Of a DNA stretch of 64,000 bases, positions 39,545 to 51,320 are shown piece after piece. The stretch's first letter is position 1. Each line of letters begins with the position of its first letter. The notes beneath the pieces are model-generated. The model was not told the origin of the DNA. It made no database searches and saw nothing but the letters and a program-made list of their open reading frames with translations. Source of the DNA: Heterodontus francisci (Eukaryota); NCBI RefSeq assembly GCF_036365525.1, contig NC_090404.1, forward strand, positions 8,432,001 to 8,496,000, written 5' to 3'. The translations under genes and the position numbers were made by a program.

Positions 39545-40504
39545 GGTCGTGTCTACTTCATGAATAACTGAGACAGACCCAAGGGTGACCCATGGGTGAA
39601 AAGATACTTCTTATGGTGCGAATGGAGTTCACACTTCTTACAACTCCGCGTAGACTCCTCCACAACCTGAGGGCGGGGTCTGTGGTGCAGAAAACTGTGA
39701 CATGATAGCTGAGAAACTATGGTCTGGGCACAGCGGAATTTGAGTGACAAGCCTCTGCTAGATTCGGGAAAGCAGAGTCACTGACCTGCAGTCAGGTTGA
39801 TAAATGTCACTAATATAACAAAAGCAAAATACTGCAGGTGCTGGAAATCTGAAATAAAAACAAGAAATAGTGGAAATACTCAGCACGTCTGGCAGCACCT
39901 GTGGAGAGAGAAGCAGAGTTAACATTTCAGGTCAGAGACCCTTCTTCAGAACTGACTGAAACATTAACTTTGCTTCTCTCTCCACAGATGCTGCCAGACC
40001 TGCTGAGTATTTCCAGCATTCCTTGTATGATAAATGTCTCTGTATCTTTAAACTCCCCGACTCACTGCACAGGTACTGAAAATGAACTCTGGGACTGTGG
40101 ATTATAAAGAGAGGCATGGTCTGGTGAAGTAATAACTGAGATAGGGAGTAATTTATTATAAAGAGAAAGGATCTAGTGTAGAATAAACAGAAGATTGGTC
40201 TTGTGTAATATATAACAGAGACATGGTCTAGTGTAACATAAACAGAGGCAGAGCCTACTGTAGTAATTAGTGAGACAGGTCCTCATGTGATATAAACAGA
40301 GACCTACTCTAGTGCAGTTTAACTGAGGCAAGGTATACAGTAATTTAAACAGAGACATGGTCTAGTTCAGGAATAATTGGCGCACGGCCTATTGTAGAGT
40401 AAGCAGAGGTCGTGTCTACTTCATGAATAACTGAGACAGACCCAAGGGTGACCCATGGGTGAAAAGATACTTCTTATGGTGCGAATGGAGTTCACACTTC
40501 TTAC
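39545..40504 (+). repeat. 97-bp exact direct repeat (39545-39641 and 40408-40504)
   Basis: GGTCGTGTCTACTTCATGAAT...TTCACACTTCTTAC occurs twice. Confidence 0.85.
39809..40027. mobile_element. Hairpin Penelope-derived element
   Basis: Same family as 21993; TSD TGATAAATGTC at 39798-39808 and 40028-40038. Confidence 0.8.
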
Positions 40505-42235
40505 CAGATCATCTTTAACCTGATTGCGGCGGCATTGACAGAATGGGTGTTTGAAATTGTAGAACCGCCCAGAATCTGTACATTTATGGACGGACCATAG
40601 AGTGGGATGGAAGACAGACTGGAATATCTGCTCCCCTAAGGACAGATTAACTCACAAAATTATTCCGAGTGGGTTCCAGGAACAAGATGAGATTTGAAAC
40701 CACGGAGTTTCTGATCGTCAAATCCCAGCCCTGCCAGTGAGTGAAGCTATCTCCAGGAATCTTAGCTCAGCGGTTAATGGGCGACTGTGTGTGACCTGCA
40801 TAATACTGGCAGAGATCAGCTTTTCCAGACAGATGCTGCAGTGTGATTACTGCGGGTTTGCTGGATTTGCACGTTCTGCCTCCAAGTCGCACACCATCCT
40901 GACTTGGAACTATATCGCTGTCCGTTCACCGTCGCTGCATCCAAATTCTGGAACTGGATGGACTGCAAGAAGGTGGTTCAAGAAGGCAGATCACCACCAC
41001 CATCTCAACGGCAATTAGCGATGGGCAACAAATGCTGGCCTTGCTCGAGTCGCTCACATCTCATGAATGAATAAAACAAATGGCCATACCTCAGTTATTA
41101 CTGCACTGGACCATATATCAGTATATATCACGCTTGATCCATTTGACCGAAGGGTCGATAACGAGAAGCTACAGATTAAAGATAATTAGCAAACGAAATC
41201 GGGGGAGGGGATTTGGGATTTTTTTTCACAGTGACTTGTTCTGAGCGAGAATGCACTGCCTGAAAGGGTGGTGGGAGCAGATTCAATAACAACTTTCAAA
41301 AAGCAATGGATACTGTCATTTTTAATAATGAAAGAGTCCAGGTCTATAGGAAAAGAACGCCGAAGTGGGAATTATTGGATCGCTCTTGCTCGCTGCGAGC
41401 ACAGACACGATTGGCTGAATGACCTCCTGCTGTGCTGTATCATTCCCTAATGCTATAAATCATACCCAATCCTAACATTGGCATAAGCTGTCGTTCCTTT
41501 ATTTAGTCTAGGTTTAAATCCTAGACCTACTACCTGTAGGAGCACCTTCACCCCAACTGCAGCAGTTCAAGGAGAAGGCCCAGCACAACCTTCTCAATTG
41601 CAGCTAGATGTGGGAAGTAAATGCTGGCCTTGTCATTGTCGTCCATATCTCGAGAATAGATACAAAAACTAAGAAAAAAACTTAAAACACCACTACCTGA
41701 ATTCTTTCTTGGTTTCTATCGTTCATTCTTTCCTTCGCTATTTCTTTCTCTTTAACTCTTCCATTTCATGCTCTCTCTCCATTTCAGTCCTTCGATCCTC
41801 TCTTCAACTTTCGTCCCTTCACTCTTTTCCTCTTCTTTTGCAATATGAAAAACGTTCAATTGTTATATTCCATCTCCCGAATAATTTCCTTATTGAGCAA
41901 GAGGGCTGAGGTAGGAAGGAAGGGGCAAATTGCCAAACATGAACACAGCCCAGAGCAGTTTCCTTCCCTTATCTTGCCCTCTGCTGCTTTTTCTACTGAG
42001 TAACAGTCTGAATGATGCGGTAAGATGATGTAGGAGGAAGTAACGAGACTACATCCGACCAGTCAGCACTCCTGTTAAAATACTATTACCCAATTAACGC
42101 ATTCGGTATTCTTCATTAGATACTTCCTCCTCTTCTGTTTGACCTTTCTGTCGAACAGTTTCTCACTTCACTTCATATGACAGATTGCAACAGTAAATAT
42201 ATCTGCTATTCCAAGGGGTTGTTGCTAAACATACA

Positions 42236-42687
42236 ATGGAGCCGATGTTGTACCGTCTTCTCCTTATGTTGTGGCTAGTGTTGGGTAGGTATGGCCATGC
42301 TTTTTATCTGTTTGCAGTATTGTGATGTTAATAGACTTTTCTACTCAGTATTGAATTCAACCTTCAGTTATCTTTTATTTCAGGGGTGATTCAGGCAGAT
42401 TCGGTGTCACAACCTCAGTCTGCACTGTATATCACTGAAGGAGACACTATGAAAATAGACTGTAGCTACATAACAAGCTTGGGTAACCCCGATCTATACT
42501 GGTACCGACAGCACATGAACCTGGCTCCGCAATTTATTTTGTATCGGGACAGTAACAGGAGAAGGGATGCAGATTTTGCCAAGGGAAAATTCGAAGCCGG
42601 CCAGACGAACGCAGAAAAGAAGTTTCCTTTAACGATCACTGGAGCAGAAATCCAGGACACCGCTGTGTATTTCTGTGCACTGAGCAG
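42236..42687 (+). CDS. TCR Valpha/delta gene (leader 42236-42284, V exon 42384-42687), apparently functional
   Basis: MEPMLYRLLLMLWLVL|GVIQADSVSQP...IDCSY...LYWYRQH...DTAVYFCALS. Perfect RSS: CACAGTG 42688-42694, 23 bp, ACAAAAACC 42718-42726. Confidence 0.95.
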
Positions 42688-44509
42688 CACAGTGCCTTAA
42701 AACTCATCTGTCCCTGTACAAAAACCTCAGTGAAATAGAACTGCCACAGGCAGTATCTGCAGTTCAGGGGAACCCGCCGCTGTCAGTAAGTGTCAGTGGT
42801 AACTCTGTCACTTCTCTCGTCCAATTTGTCTAAATTATAACATTGTGGGTTCAAATCCACTCCAGAGGCTGGAGTGCATATTGCAGTCCAACACTTCTGT
42901 TGTCCGTATTGATCGAGTGCAACAGTGTCGCAAGTGCCATCTTTCAGATGCGCTATTAAATGGAGGTTCCATCTGAACGAACCCACCGCAATATTGTGTA
43001 AAAGAGCAGGAAAGCTCTCCTCCACATTTATCGCTTAATCGACATCACTAAAACAGATTATTGCATTGGCCTTTATGGGATCTTTTTGTGCTCATATTGG
43101 CTGCCGTCTTTCCTGCATTCCAGTAGTGACTGCGCCTTAAAATTGTTTCACTGGGACGTGTGGGACAGGCTGAACGGACCCGAGCGTCCTTTGCTATATG
43201 TGCTCGTTAGTATATTCAATATTACAACTTGTGGGCCTGTCTCTTCACATCATTTTGAGTTTCTCACTCAAGACTCGCTCAGATGACGTCAATTACCTGA
43301 CTGACCTCAGGACCGGCCATTGGGCACTGCGTCTTTCTAGGAAGCAAATGGGGGGCTCTTTGCACCAATCAGCGAACAGTACTTGAGCACAGTCTCTTAA
43401 AAAAAAGCTTTTCAAATAGCGTACAGCATAGAACTGGATTCAGAGCAGCTCGTCTTCCATTTTAAGATTATTTGACTCATTAATCTGCTCAGCCTCACTC
43501 CTCTACCTTCTCTTTACCCACATCCGACAAAACAGGGCTTTTGATGACCTAGGTTTTTTTTGAGCGAAGTAAAGCGAAAACCGCAGGATGTCAGTTACGT
43601 TGATTAAATAAAAATCCACGATGTGAGTTTTCCGAGATCCTCTTGCGGGTTTTAACCCTGATCAACGGTTTCCATCAATTGCTTATGAAGTCAAGGCAGC
43701 ATTAACCTCCATATTATTAGCTTTCTGTCACCTTTTTGTGTTCGGTGTGTGTAAGAGTGGGATAACAGGAAAAAGAGAAAGGATAGCAATCCTGGAAATA
43801 TTTCAAAAAAGCTTAGTCACCCCGCAGCGTACTTAAACCCAATCTTGCTGATATTTTCAGTGGATCATCAGGAACTGTTACCCGTCATATTGGTTCTAAA
43901 AGTCCCCCCATTGTGGAATGAGCGCTTCATAGACATTTTCACATCATTGACACACGCCATGTCAGAACCGGAATCAATGACGTAAATAGAGGTGGACAAA
44001 TACTCTGATTCATAAATTCTACAAAACACAAATAAGGAGACAAATCAGGAATCTAACGGAATGCGGCAGGCAAAGGTATCACGTTACTTTGGAATTCGTT
44101 TCAATTTTATTTTCCAAGCTACCTGATGCCACTTCTTAAACGTTACTGAAGTCGAAATATTTCAGTGAAAAGGAAGTGACGCCCAAACGCGAACAGAAAT
44201 CCTTGCCGTTAAAGACCACAATCAAACTCAGTTTGTAAATGCCCCGGCGCAGGAAAGAGCAAGAGATTTCGGCAGAAAAATAACTGCGGGAAATTCAAAA
44301 CTTTCTTTCCGAGAAAGAGAAAACAAAATATGTGTCTGTGTGTTTTGGCCGATTTTGTGTTTCTGAATGTCCGTCTATACAGTTCTGGAAATGGAACCGA
44401 GGAAGTCGGATTAATTGCAAAACCAAGTTGTTTTGGTAGATTAATAAAGCGAATATTTAATGTTTCCGTTCTATTTCTATCTCTCTTTGTCTCTTCTCTA
44501 TTTCCATCT

Positions 44510-44940
44510 CACTCTGCAAGAAAATCTCCATCGACACTGCCCCATGAAACACTCCGAGACCACGTAAAATATGGATTAGATACAGAGTAAAGCTCACTCT
44601 ACAACGTCCGATCAAACACTCCCAGGGCAGTAGAGCATGGGTGAAATACAGAAGAAAACTCACTCTACACTGTCTGATCAAAGATTCCCACAGCTGATAC
44701 ATTTCGGTTAGGTACAGAGTAAAGCTTCTTTTACACTTTCCCATCAATCACTTCCAGGGTGAGTGCAGCATGTGTTGGATACAGATTGAAATTTCTTCCT
44801 ATACTGTCCTATCAAACATCTCCAGATCAAATACAGCATGGCTTAGATAAAAAAGTAAAGATCCCTCTATATTGTCCCGTCAAATATTACCAAAGAAGGT
44901 ACTGTTTGGGTCAGATGCAGGTTAAAGCTCACTCTATCTC
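44510..44940 (-). repeat. Diverged ~64-bp minisatellite (reverse complement of the 50600-51320 unit)
   Basis: gatacagagtaaagct...catcaaacactcccagg units. Confidence 0.7.
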
Positions 44941-45004
44941 AGAATCACAGAATTATTACAGTACAGAACGCCCATTCGGCCCATCATGTCCACACCAGCT
45001 CTCT

Positions 45005-45320
45005 GTTTAGTTTAGTTTAGAGATACAGCACTGAAACAGGCCCTTCGGCCCACCGAGTCTGTGCCGACCATCAACCACCCATTTATACTAATCCTACACT
45101 AATCCCATATTCCTATCACATCCCCACCTGTCCCTATATATTTCCCTACCACCTACTTATACTAGGGGCAATTTATAATGGCCAATTAACCTATCAACCT
45201 GCAAGTCTTTGGCATGTGGGAGGAAACCGGAGCACCCGGAGGAAACCCACGCAGACACAGGGAGAACTTGCAAACTCCGCACAGGCAGTACCCAGAATCG
45301 AACCCGGGTCCCTGGAGCTC
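45005..45320 (-). mobile_element. tRNA-derived SINE (HE1-like)
   Basis: Near-identical to the 22509 copy in reverse; a partial + copy lies at 46430-46640. Confidence 0.85.
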
Positions 45321-47999
45321 TGGAAGAGCAATTCACTCAGTTCCATTCCCTCGCCTTCTCCCCATAACCCTGCACGTTCTTCCTTTTCATACAACTGTCA
45401 ATTCCCTTTTGAAAGTTTCAGTTGAACCTGCCTCCACCACACTCTCAGGCAGTGCATTCCACACCTCAACCACTCGCTGTTGAAAATTTGCTTCCTCGTG
45501 TCACTTTTACTTCTCTTACCAATTGCCTTCAATCTGAGCCCTCTCGTTCTCGATCCTTTCACGAGTGGGAACAGTTTGTCTCTATCTATTCTGTTCAGGC
45601 TCCTCATGATTTTGCATACCTCTATCAAATCTATAATATTCCATCAAATATTCTCAGAGTAGATTCTATTTGGGTCAGATACAAAATAAAGCTCGCTCTA
45701 CATTGTGCCAATGTTCCCAAAGCAGCTGCAGCATGGATTATATACATAAGGACGTGTTACAACGAGCACTTACATGTCAACTGCTGCAGCTGTTAAATAA
45801 AACTCAGAGCTTCCTTTAATCTACCCCACAAAATACTCCAATGTCAGGAACATCATCGCGGCTGCACGGAATAGATCTGTTATCCTGTTCCATTAAATAC
45901 TCCAATATCAGGGAGAATACGATTACATACAACCTAAAGGTACTCTTTCCTATTCAGCAATGCCTTATTGCAGCTCCAGAATGTTTTTGAACCAATAACA
46001 GCATATTGTCAATTGATAAAAGTTTGAACCGTGAGAGTCCAAGTATTGACCTGCCGAACATTCAGGTAGTGGTTCAGTGGATAAAATAATGGTCATAAAT
46101 GGAAACCGAAATGAGTAAACGTGGTAACGTCTCGACTGAAGCCAGGGGGAATGTCATCCTTAAAGCTGCTTCATTTTTATATGAGCCAAAATGGTTCACG
46201 AATATTCTTAATTTATATCAGGTTTATTGCTAGAATCTTTAAAAGGAAGAGGGAATGCAGAGGTGTTTTGGACTTCCAATTCTCATTATGTCACTTGAAG
46301 AGTGTTTCCAGTCAAAGTCTATTTCCAAATCCTCGGATACCACGGTCAGATGATATCTAAGTGCGATGTGCGTGCAATCATTTACAAGTACCTCACACAA
46401 TATTAGCTCTCTGGGCCGTGCTTATCTAGCCAAAAGACTTGCAGGTTCATAGGTAAATTGGCCATTATAAATTGTCACTAGTATAGGTAGGTGGTAGGGA
46501 AATATAGGGACAGGTGGGGATGTTTGGTAGGAATATGGGATTAGTGTAGGATTAGTATAAATGGGTGGTTGATGTTCGGCACAGACTCGATGGGCCGAAG
46601 GGCCTGTTTCAGTGCTGTATCTCTAATCTAATCTAATCTAAAATATACATTACAAACAATTTTAACTTAAGTGCCTCACACGCATAGTCATGAGCACTTT
46701 GAAGGCGAGTGTCTTGACCAAGCGCAGTCTGATGAAGTACAGGGACAAACCCATTTCACTGAAACCTGCCCCACGTGAAATAGAACAGTGAGAACCAGAA
46801 AGCAAACTTTACCAAATTTCGCATTTACTACGTATCAACGCAAAGCGTTATTTCAAAAGACTTAGCAGAATAGCCTACATTTCAATGCATGTGCCTCTGT
46901 TTCTGTATGTCTTTGTGAGTGTGTTTCTGCTACCTGTGTATGTGTCAGTGTGATGTGGGTGCCGGTTATTTCTGCGTGTGCATCTCTGTGTGTCTGTGAG
47001 GATATGTGCATCATTTATGTGTGTCTGTTTGTGTTTGCATGTGTGTGTTTTCTGCCTAAATGCATTTGTTCTCTTATATATATATGGAATATATTATAAA
47101 TCCATATATTCTGCTTGAGTTTACAGATAGATAATTCGCAAAACATGTTCCAATATGTTCTTGGCGAGAGTCGGCGAAGAGGAAATGAGGCTGTTTAAAC
47201 TCTTTAGTATCCTCAGATTATTACAACCCAGAAGGCACAATAAATAAAAACAGATCGCTGAAAGAAAGAGATTTCATTTGTAAACAGTGGCACTACGACG
47301 CAGGTGCAGATATTTTCTGGGTTATTTATTTGTGGCGACATTTTCAAAAGTTTCTAAAATTACGTGTTTATTTGGTTTAGAAGCAAATTCCTCCCACTAT
47401 CGCTAACATACAACAATCAGAGTAATCGCCTCTCAGTCTCTATGAAAGAACATTATGAAGAAGTTAATGGATGTTTCACCCTGCTGAATATTTCATCTGT
47501 AATTTTAACTGTGCTACTTTAGAAAGCATCTTTCACAGTCTCATGATGTCCCAAAGCGCATTACATCCATACGGAAAATGTAATCCATTAGAAATTGCAC
47601 TGTAGGGTAACACAGCAGACAATAATGTGCATAACAGGATCCAGCAAACAGCAATGGGATATTTAACAGATATTCTGATTGTAAGTAGGGTTCAGGGCTC
47701 AATATTGGCCCACGACGCCAGGGAGAATTTCCAAGTTCTTTCAAAGAATGCCATTGGATATTTTGTGTCCATCTGGAAGGGCAGACAAGGCCTCGGTTTA
47801 ACCTCTCGACAGGAAAATGAACCCATGACAGTGCAGTTTTTCCTGAAATCTCAGCCTAGATTTTATGCTGAAACCTTTGGATTTGGGTTGGGATAACGTT
47901 CTTTTTGGAATATAGTGCAAAAGGAAATTCTACAACTGCAGCATGTAGCGAGCACACAGATTCTCCAGTTTGTAGCTCAACAGGTTAAAGAGCTGTTTT

Positions 48000-48151
48000 T
48001 ACCCGTGAGGCGAAATGTTCACTCCGAAAATTTATGAATCTTATATCGAAATCAACACCTGAACGCAGTCACAGTTTGTCGCATCGTCTCAGTTTGTGAA
48101 TCGAAGGCTCTGTTCCCAGGATCTTCTTTGGACAGTTCCACATCTCACTTC
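48000..48151 (-). pseudogene. Decayed TCR alpha/delta-type connecting-peptide/TM exon
   Basis: tttag|GA AGT: SEMWNCPKKILGTEPSIHKL, frameshift, TMRQTVTAFR...TFRL. Spacing matches KVNMMSLTVLGLR, and the T of TFRL lies 14 codons after the R, as in TCR alpha/delta TMs. Confidence 0.5.
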
Positions 48152-49057
48152 CTAAACGGAAATGCATAGAACATTCCTGTGATTCAAACTCCCTTAGAAA
48201 TCAATGAAAACATCAACATTCACAAGGGCTGCTGCGTCACCTGGATGTTGTACAATGTTTTTGTCTCTGGTTCCGGGATCCAGTTGATAATCTAGGTTGA
48301 CACATAGGTGCAGAATGATGCCAGGAGTTATCTCGTCCCTGCTGTTACCTTGTGGTAAGATTAAACTAGCCTCTTCAGGTCGAGGGTAAGAGATATCTCG
48401 AGGTGTCGGGAATTGCCCTGCTTTGCTGACCAACATTGACACCTCACTCAATGCAATGAAGACATGTTGACGGATTATGCAAGTAACTCACTATTTGTGG
48501 ATCCTGATGTGTGAAATACTGACTGCAAAAATTGGCTTCAAAACAACAGTGACTTCATTTGAAAAGTTAACACGCTGTGTAAACATTTCATCATTCCCTT
48601 TATAGCCCTTTGGTTGTTAGGTCAGATACTAAAATGATTAGCGCCTTTCATGCCGACCCAAAGTGCTTCATAAACATTTTTGTACAGTCACCAATGATCA
48701 GATCATCTGCGTTGTAATGATTTGGAGAAAGGTATTCCCCAGGGCACTCGGGAGAACTCCCAGGAGTTCTTTGGACTAGTGGTGGCATCATTTCTGTGTA
48801 ACTGAGAGAACAGCTGGAGCGTCGGTTTAATGTCTCGTCCGACACGGCCGACAACGGAGCACTCTTTCAATGATGTACTGAGATCTTCAGCCTGGGTTAT
48901 GTGCTCAAATCACTGGAGTGGGCCTCGAATTTACAAACATCTGGCCGACAGGCAACCAAGCCACTCACTGAGCCAGGATGGTACCTGCTCGCTGTTTTTA
49001 GAACACTTCGATGGATCATGGGATCAATAAATTGTTGAAACGCAGCTTTTCCATAAA

Positions 49058-49349
49058 CTGTTTGCAGGACTATCTCGTCTGGCACCGTGGCGTGTTCAAC
49101 TTTGCAATCGATCACACCCCCATGTCTCCATCGATATATCGGTAGAAAAACAGCCGGTGTGTATCTCCCATGTACGGCGGGTTGAATTCAACTTCCTGAC
49201 TGCGGTGGACGAAGTCTTCATGGATATGTTAATTTCTGGTGGATAGAAATCCGTCACCAATCAAACTGCGGCTGCGTCTCCTCCCACACTCAGAGCTCCA
49301 TTCTGAAGGCGGAAGAGGTGCGTTTTTTGCCTGGAAAGTTTGGTGAGCT
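49058..49349 (-). pseudogene. Decayed TCR Cdelta-like constant exon
   Basis: cacag| phase-1 acceptor; ...GGDAAAV*LVTDFYPPEINISM...TGCFST, frameshift, VIDCKVEH...VLQT. First Cys is now TGA (49261-49263). No C-strand Trp, as in TCR Calpha/Cdelta. Confidence 0.72.
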
Positions 49350-50599
49350 CTGTGATTTGAATGAAATAATGTCAATATCTAGGACAATATTAAAATAGAA
49401 TGAAATGATCCTTCTAATTCTAATGCTCAACAAAATCGCTCCTTCATTTCCTCATCCCATTTCAGTGTCGCAGTTGATGTGAATGAATTGTTCTCGTTCA
49501 GTTTTACTCTGATCATTCTGGAATTTATTTTCAATAAGGAACAGAATATGTTTAGTAATGAATTTGCAGGCATTGCGTGAATTTCGAGAGTAAAATATTA
49601 AAGAGGTCTTATGTTACGAAGTCGTGGAGGTTCTGTTACTGCGCAGAAGCTGCCTGGGTGTTTCTTTAATTAATAAAAATGTCTTTTACAGTTACGATTG
49701 AGGAAATTGGCTAAGCTCAAGAGCCCTGCTTTCGGAGACACGCGATGTTACAGCCCATCGGTAGTTAATGATATCTAACCCCGACTAGACCTTGAACTAT
49801 TTAAAGTAGTCCAGTCCTAAACCCATCATGTGAAATACACCCTGAGAATAGCCGTTTAAATTCCATAGGCGTGCTCAGAAACATGCAGTGTTTACAAGGG
49901 TGTGGGTCGAGAACAGGACAAATTTTGAATTAATGAAGTGTCATTTTATTTACAGAAATTCATATATCTTTCTGAAAATTTCCATCTCCTATGACTTTAA
50001 TATTATAAAGTTCCATGTTCATTTAATTAAAAGGTAATATTTCACAAGGTACCAGGCAGAAAAAGATTAACAATTAGCATGAACTAATTTTACCATAATG
50101 TAGTAAATATTAGCAGGAGATTAACTTGGAATATAATACCAGCATTAATTTATGAAACAAAATGAGCTCCCACAATGGCGTTACGTTCTGCCCAGCATTC
50201 CCAGTGTGGAGGGAGATTTATCTTAAATGAGCTGTGACTGTTTTATTCCGTAAAGTTCAAACAACATAAATTTGTATCTAACAAATCAGATGCAAGAGCT
50301 CGAGCCAGGTATCTAAAAATAAACCATGTTATTGCTCCAAAGAAACAACTGATCGAGTTTACTCTTCTTTCTAAATAAAATCTCTCTAATTCTTATTGAA
50401 TTGATAATGAATAAATATTTTGAGCAGCCGATCATTATTGAATGCAATTGGCTTAATCTTGAGAGTGCTTTCCGAATAAACAATTTCAGGAAGTGACCAT
50501 AACGCTCCAGACAGCAACGCCTGTTCAGATCTGAACGTCAGCTGGAAGATATTTTGACGATTCAATTAGACGGTGTGAAGATTTGCTCTCTATCTCACC

Positions 50600-51320
50600 A
50601 GTGCTGTACCTTCCCGGCAGATGTTGAAACTGAAAGTGCAGAGGCAGTCTTACTCCATATCTAACCCGAGTTGGCATGTGTTTGACGGTAAAGTGGAAAG
50701 GAAGCTTTAATTTGTATCTGATCTGTGCTGCACCTGTCCTGGGAGTGTTTGATGGGACCGTGGAGAGGGAGCTTTACTCTGTTTTTGACACGTTTTTGTT
50801 TTTCATTTTTAGGAGGGAGAGGGGATCACGTCGGGCGCTGTGCAATGAATTCAGAACTGAATCACAGTGTCGAGGGAGCTTTACTCGATATCTAACCCTT
50901 GAAAGTGAGGGACTGCTTGAACGCCAGGTTATTCACTACCTCCATGTCGCATTTATTGGTGGCCTATAACAGGTAGTGGCAATGAGAATAGAGGGGTGCT
51001 TTACTCCGTATCTAACCCCATGATTTTTCTTTTTTTCCTAACCCCGTGCTGTACCTGTCCTGGGAGTGTTTGATGGGGGACAGCGTAGAAGGAGCTTTAC
51101 CCTGTATCGAACCCCGTGCTGTACCTGTTCTGGGAGTGTTTGATGGGGACAGTGTCGAGGGAGCTTTACTCTGAATCTAACCCCGTGCTGTACCTGTCCT
51201 GGGAGTGTTTGATGGGACAGTGTGGAGGGAGCTTTACTCTGTATCTACCCCATGCTGTATTTGCCCTGGGAGTGTGTGATGGGACAGTTTAGAGGCAGAT
51301 TTATTCTGTATCTAGCCATT
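50600..51320 (+). repeat. ~64-bp minisatellite
   Basis: ccccgtgctgtacctgtcctgggagtgtttgatgggacagtgtrgagggagctttactctgtatctaa units. Confidence 0.85.

Noticed and set aside
44270-44470. LCVLADF... as another decayed TCR C exon on the + strand
   Set aside because: Only a faint motif resemblance; wrong acceptor phase and no second Cys region.
50791-50880. CGCTGTG-20 nt-CACAGTG as a D segment
   Set aside because: No nonamers at 12/23 spacing; the downstream heptamer merges into the minisatellite unit.
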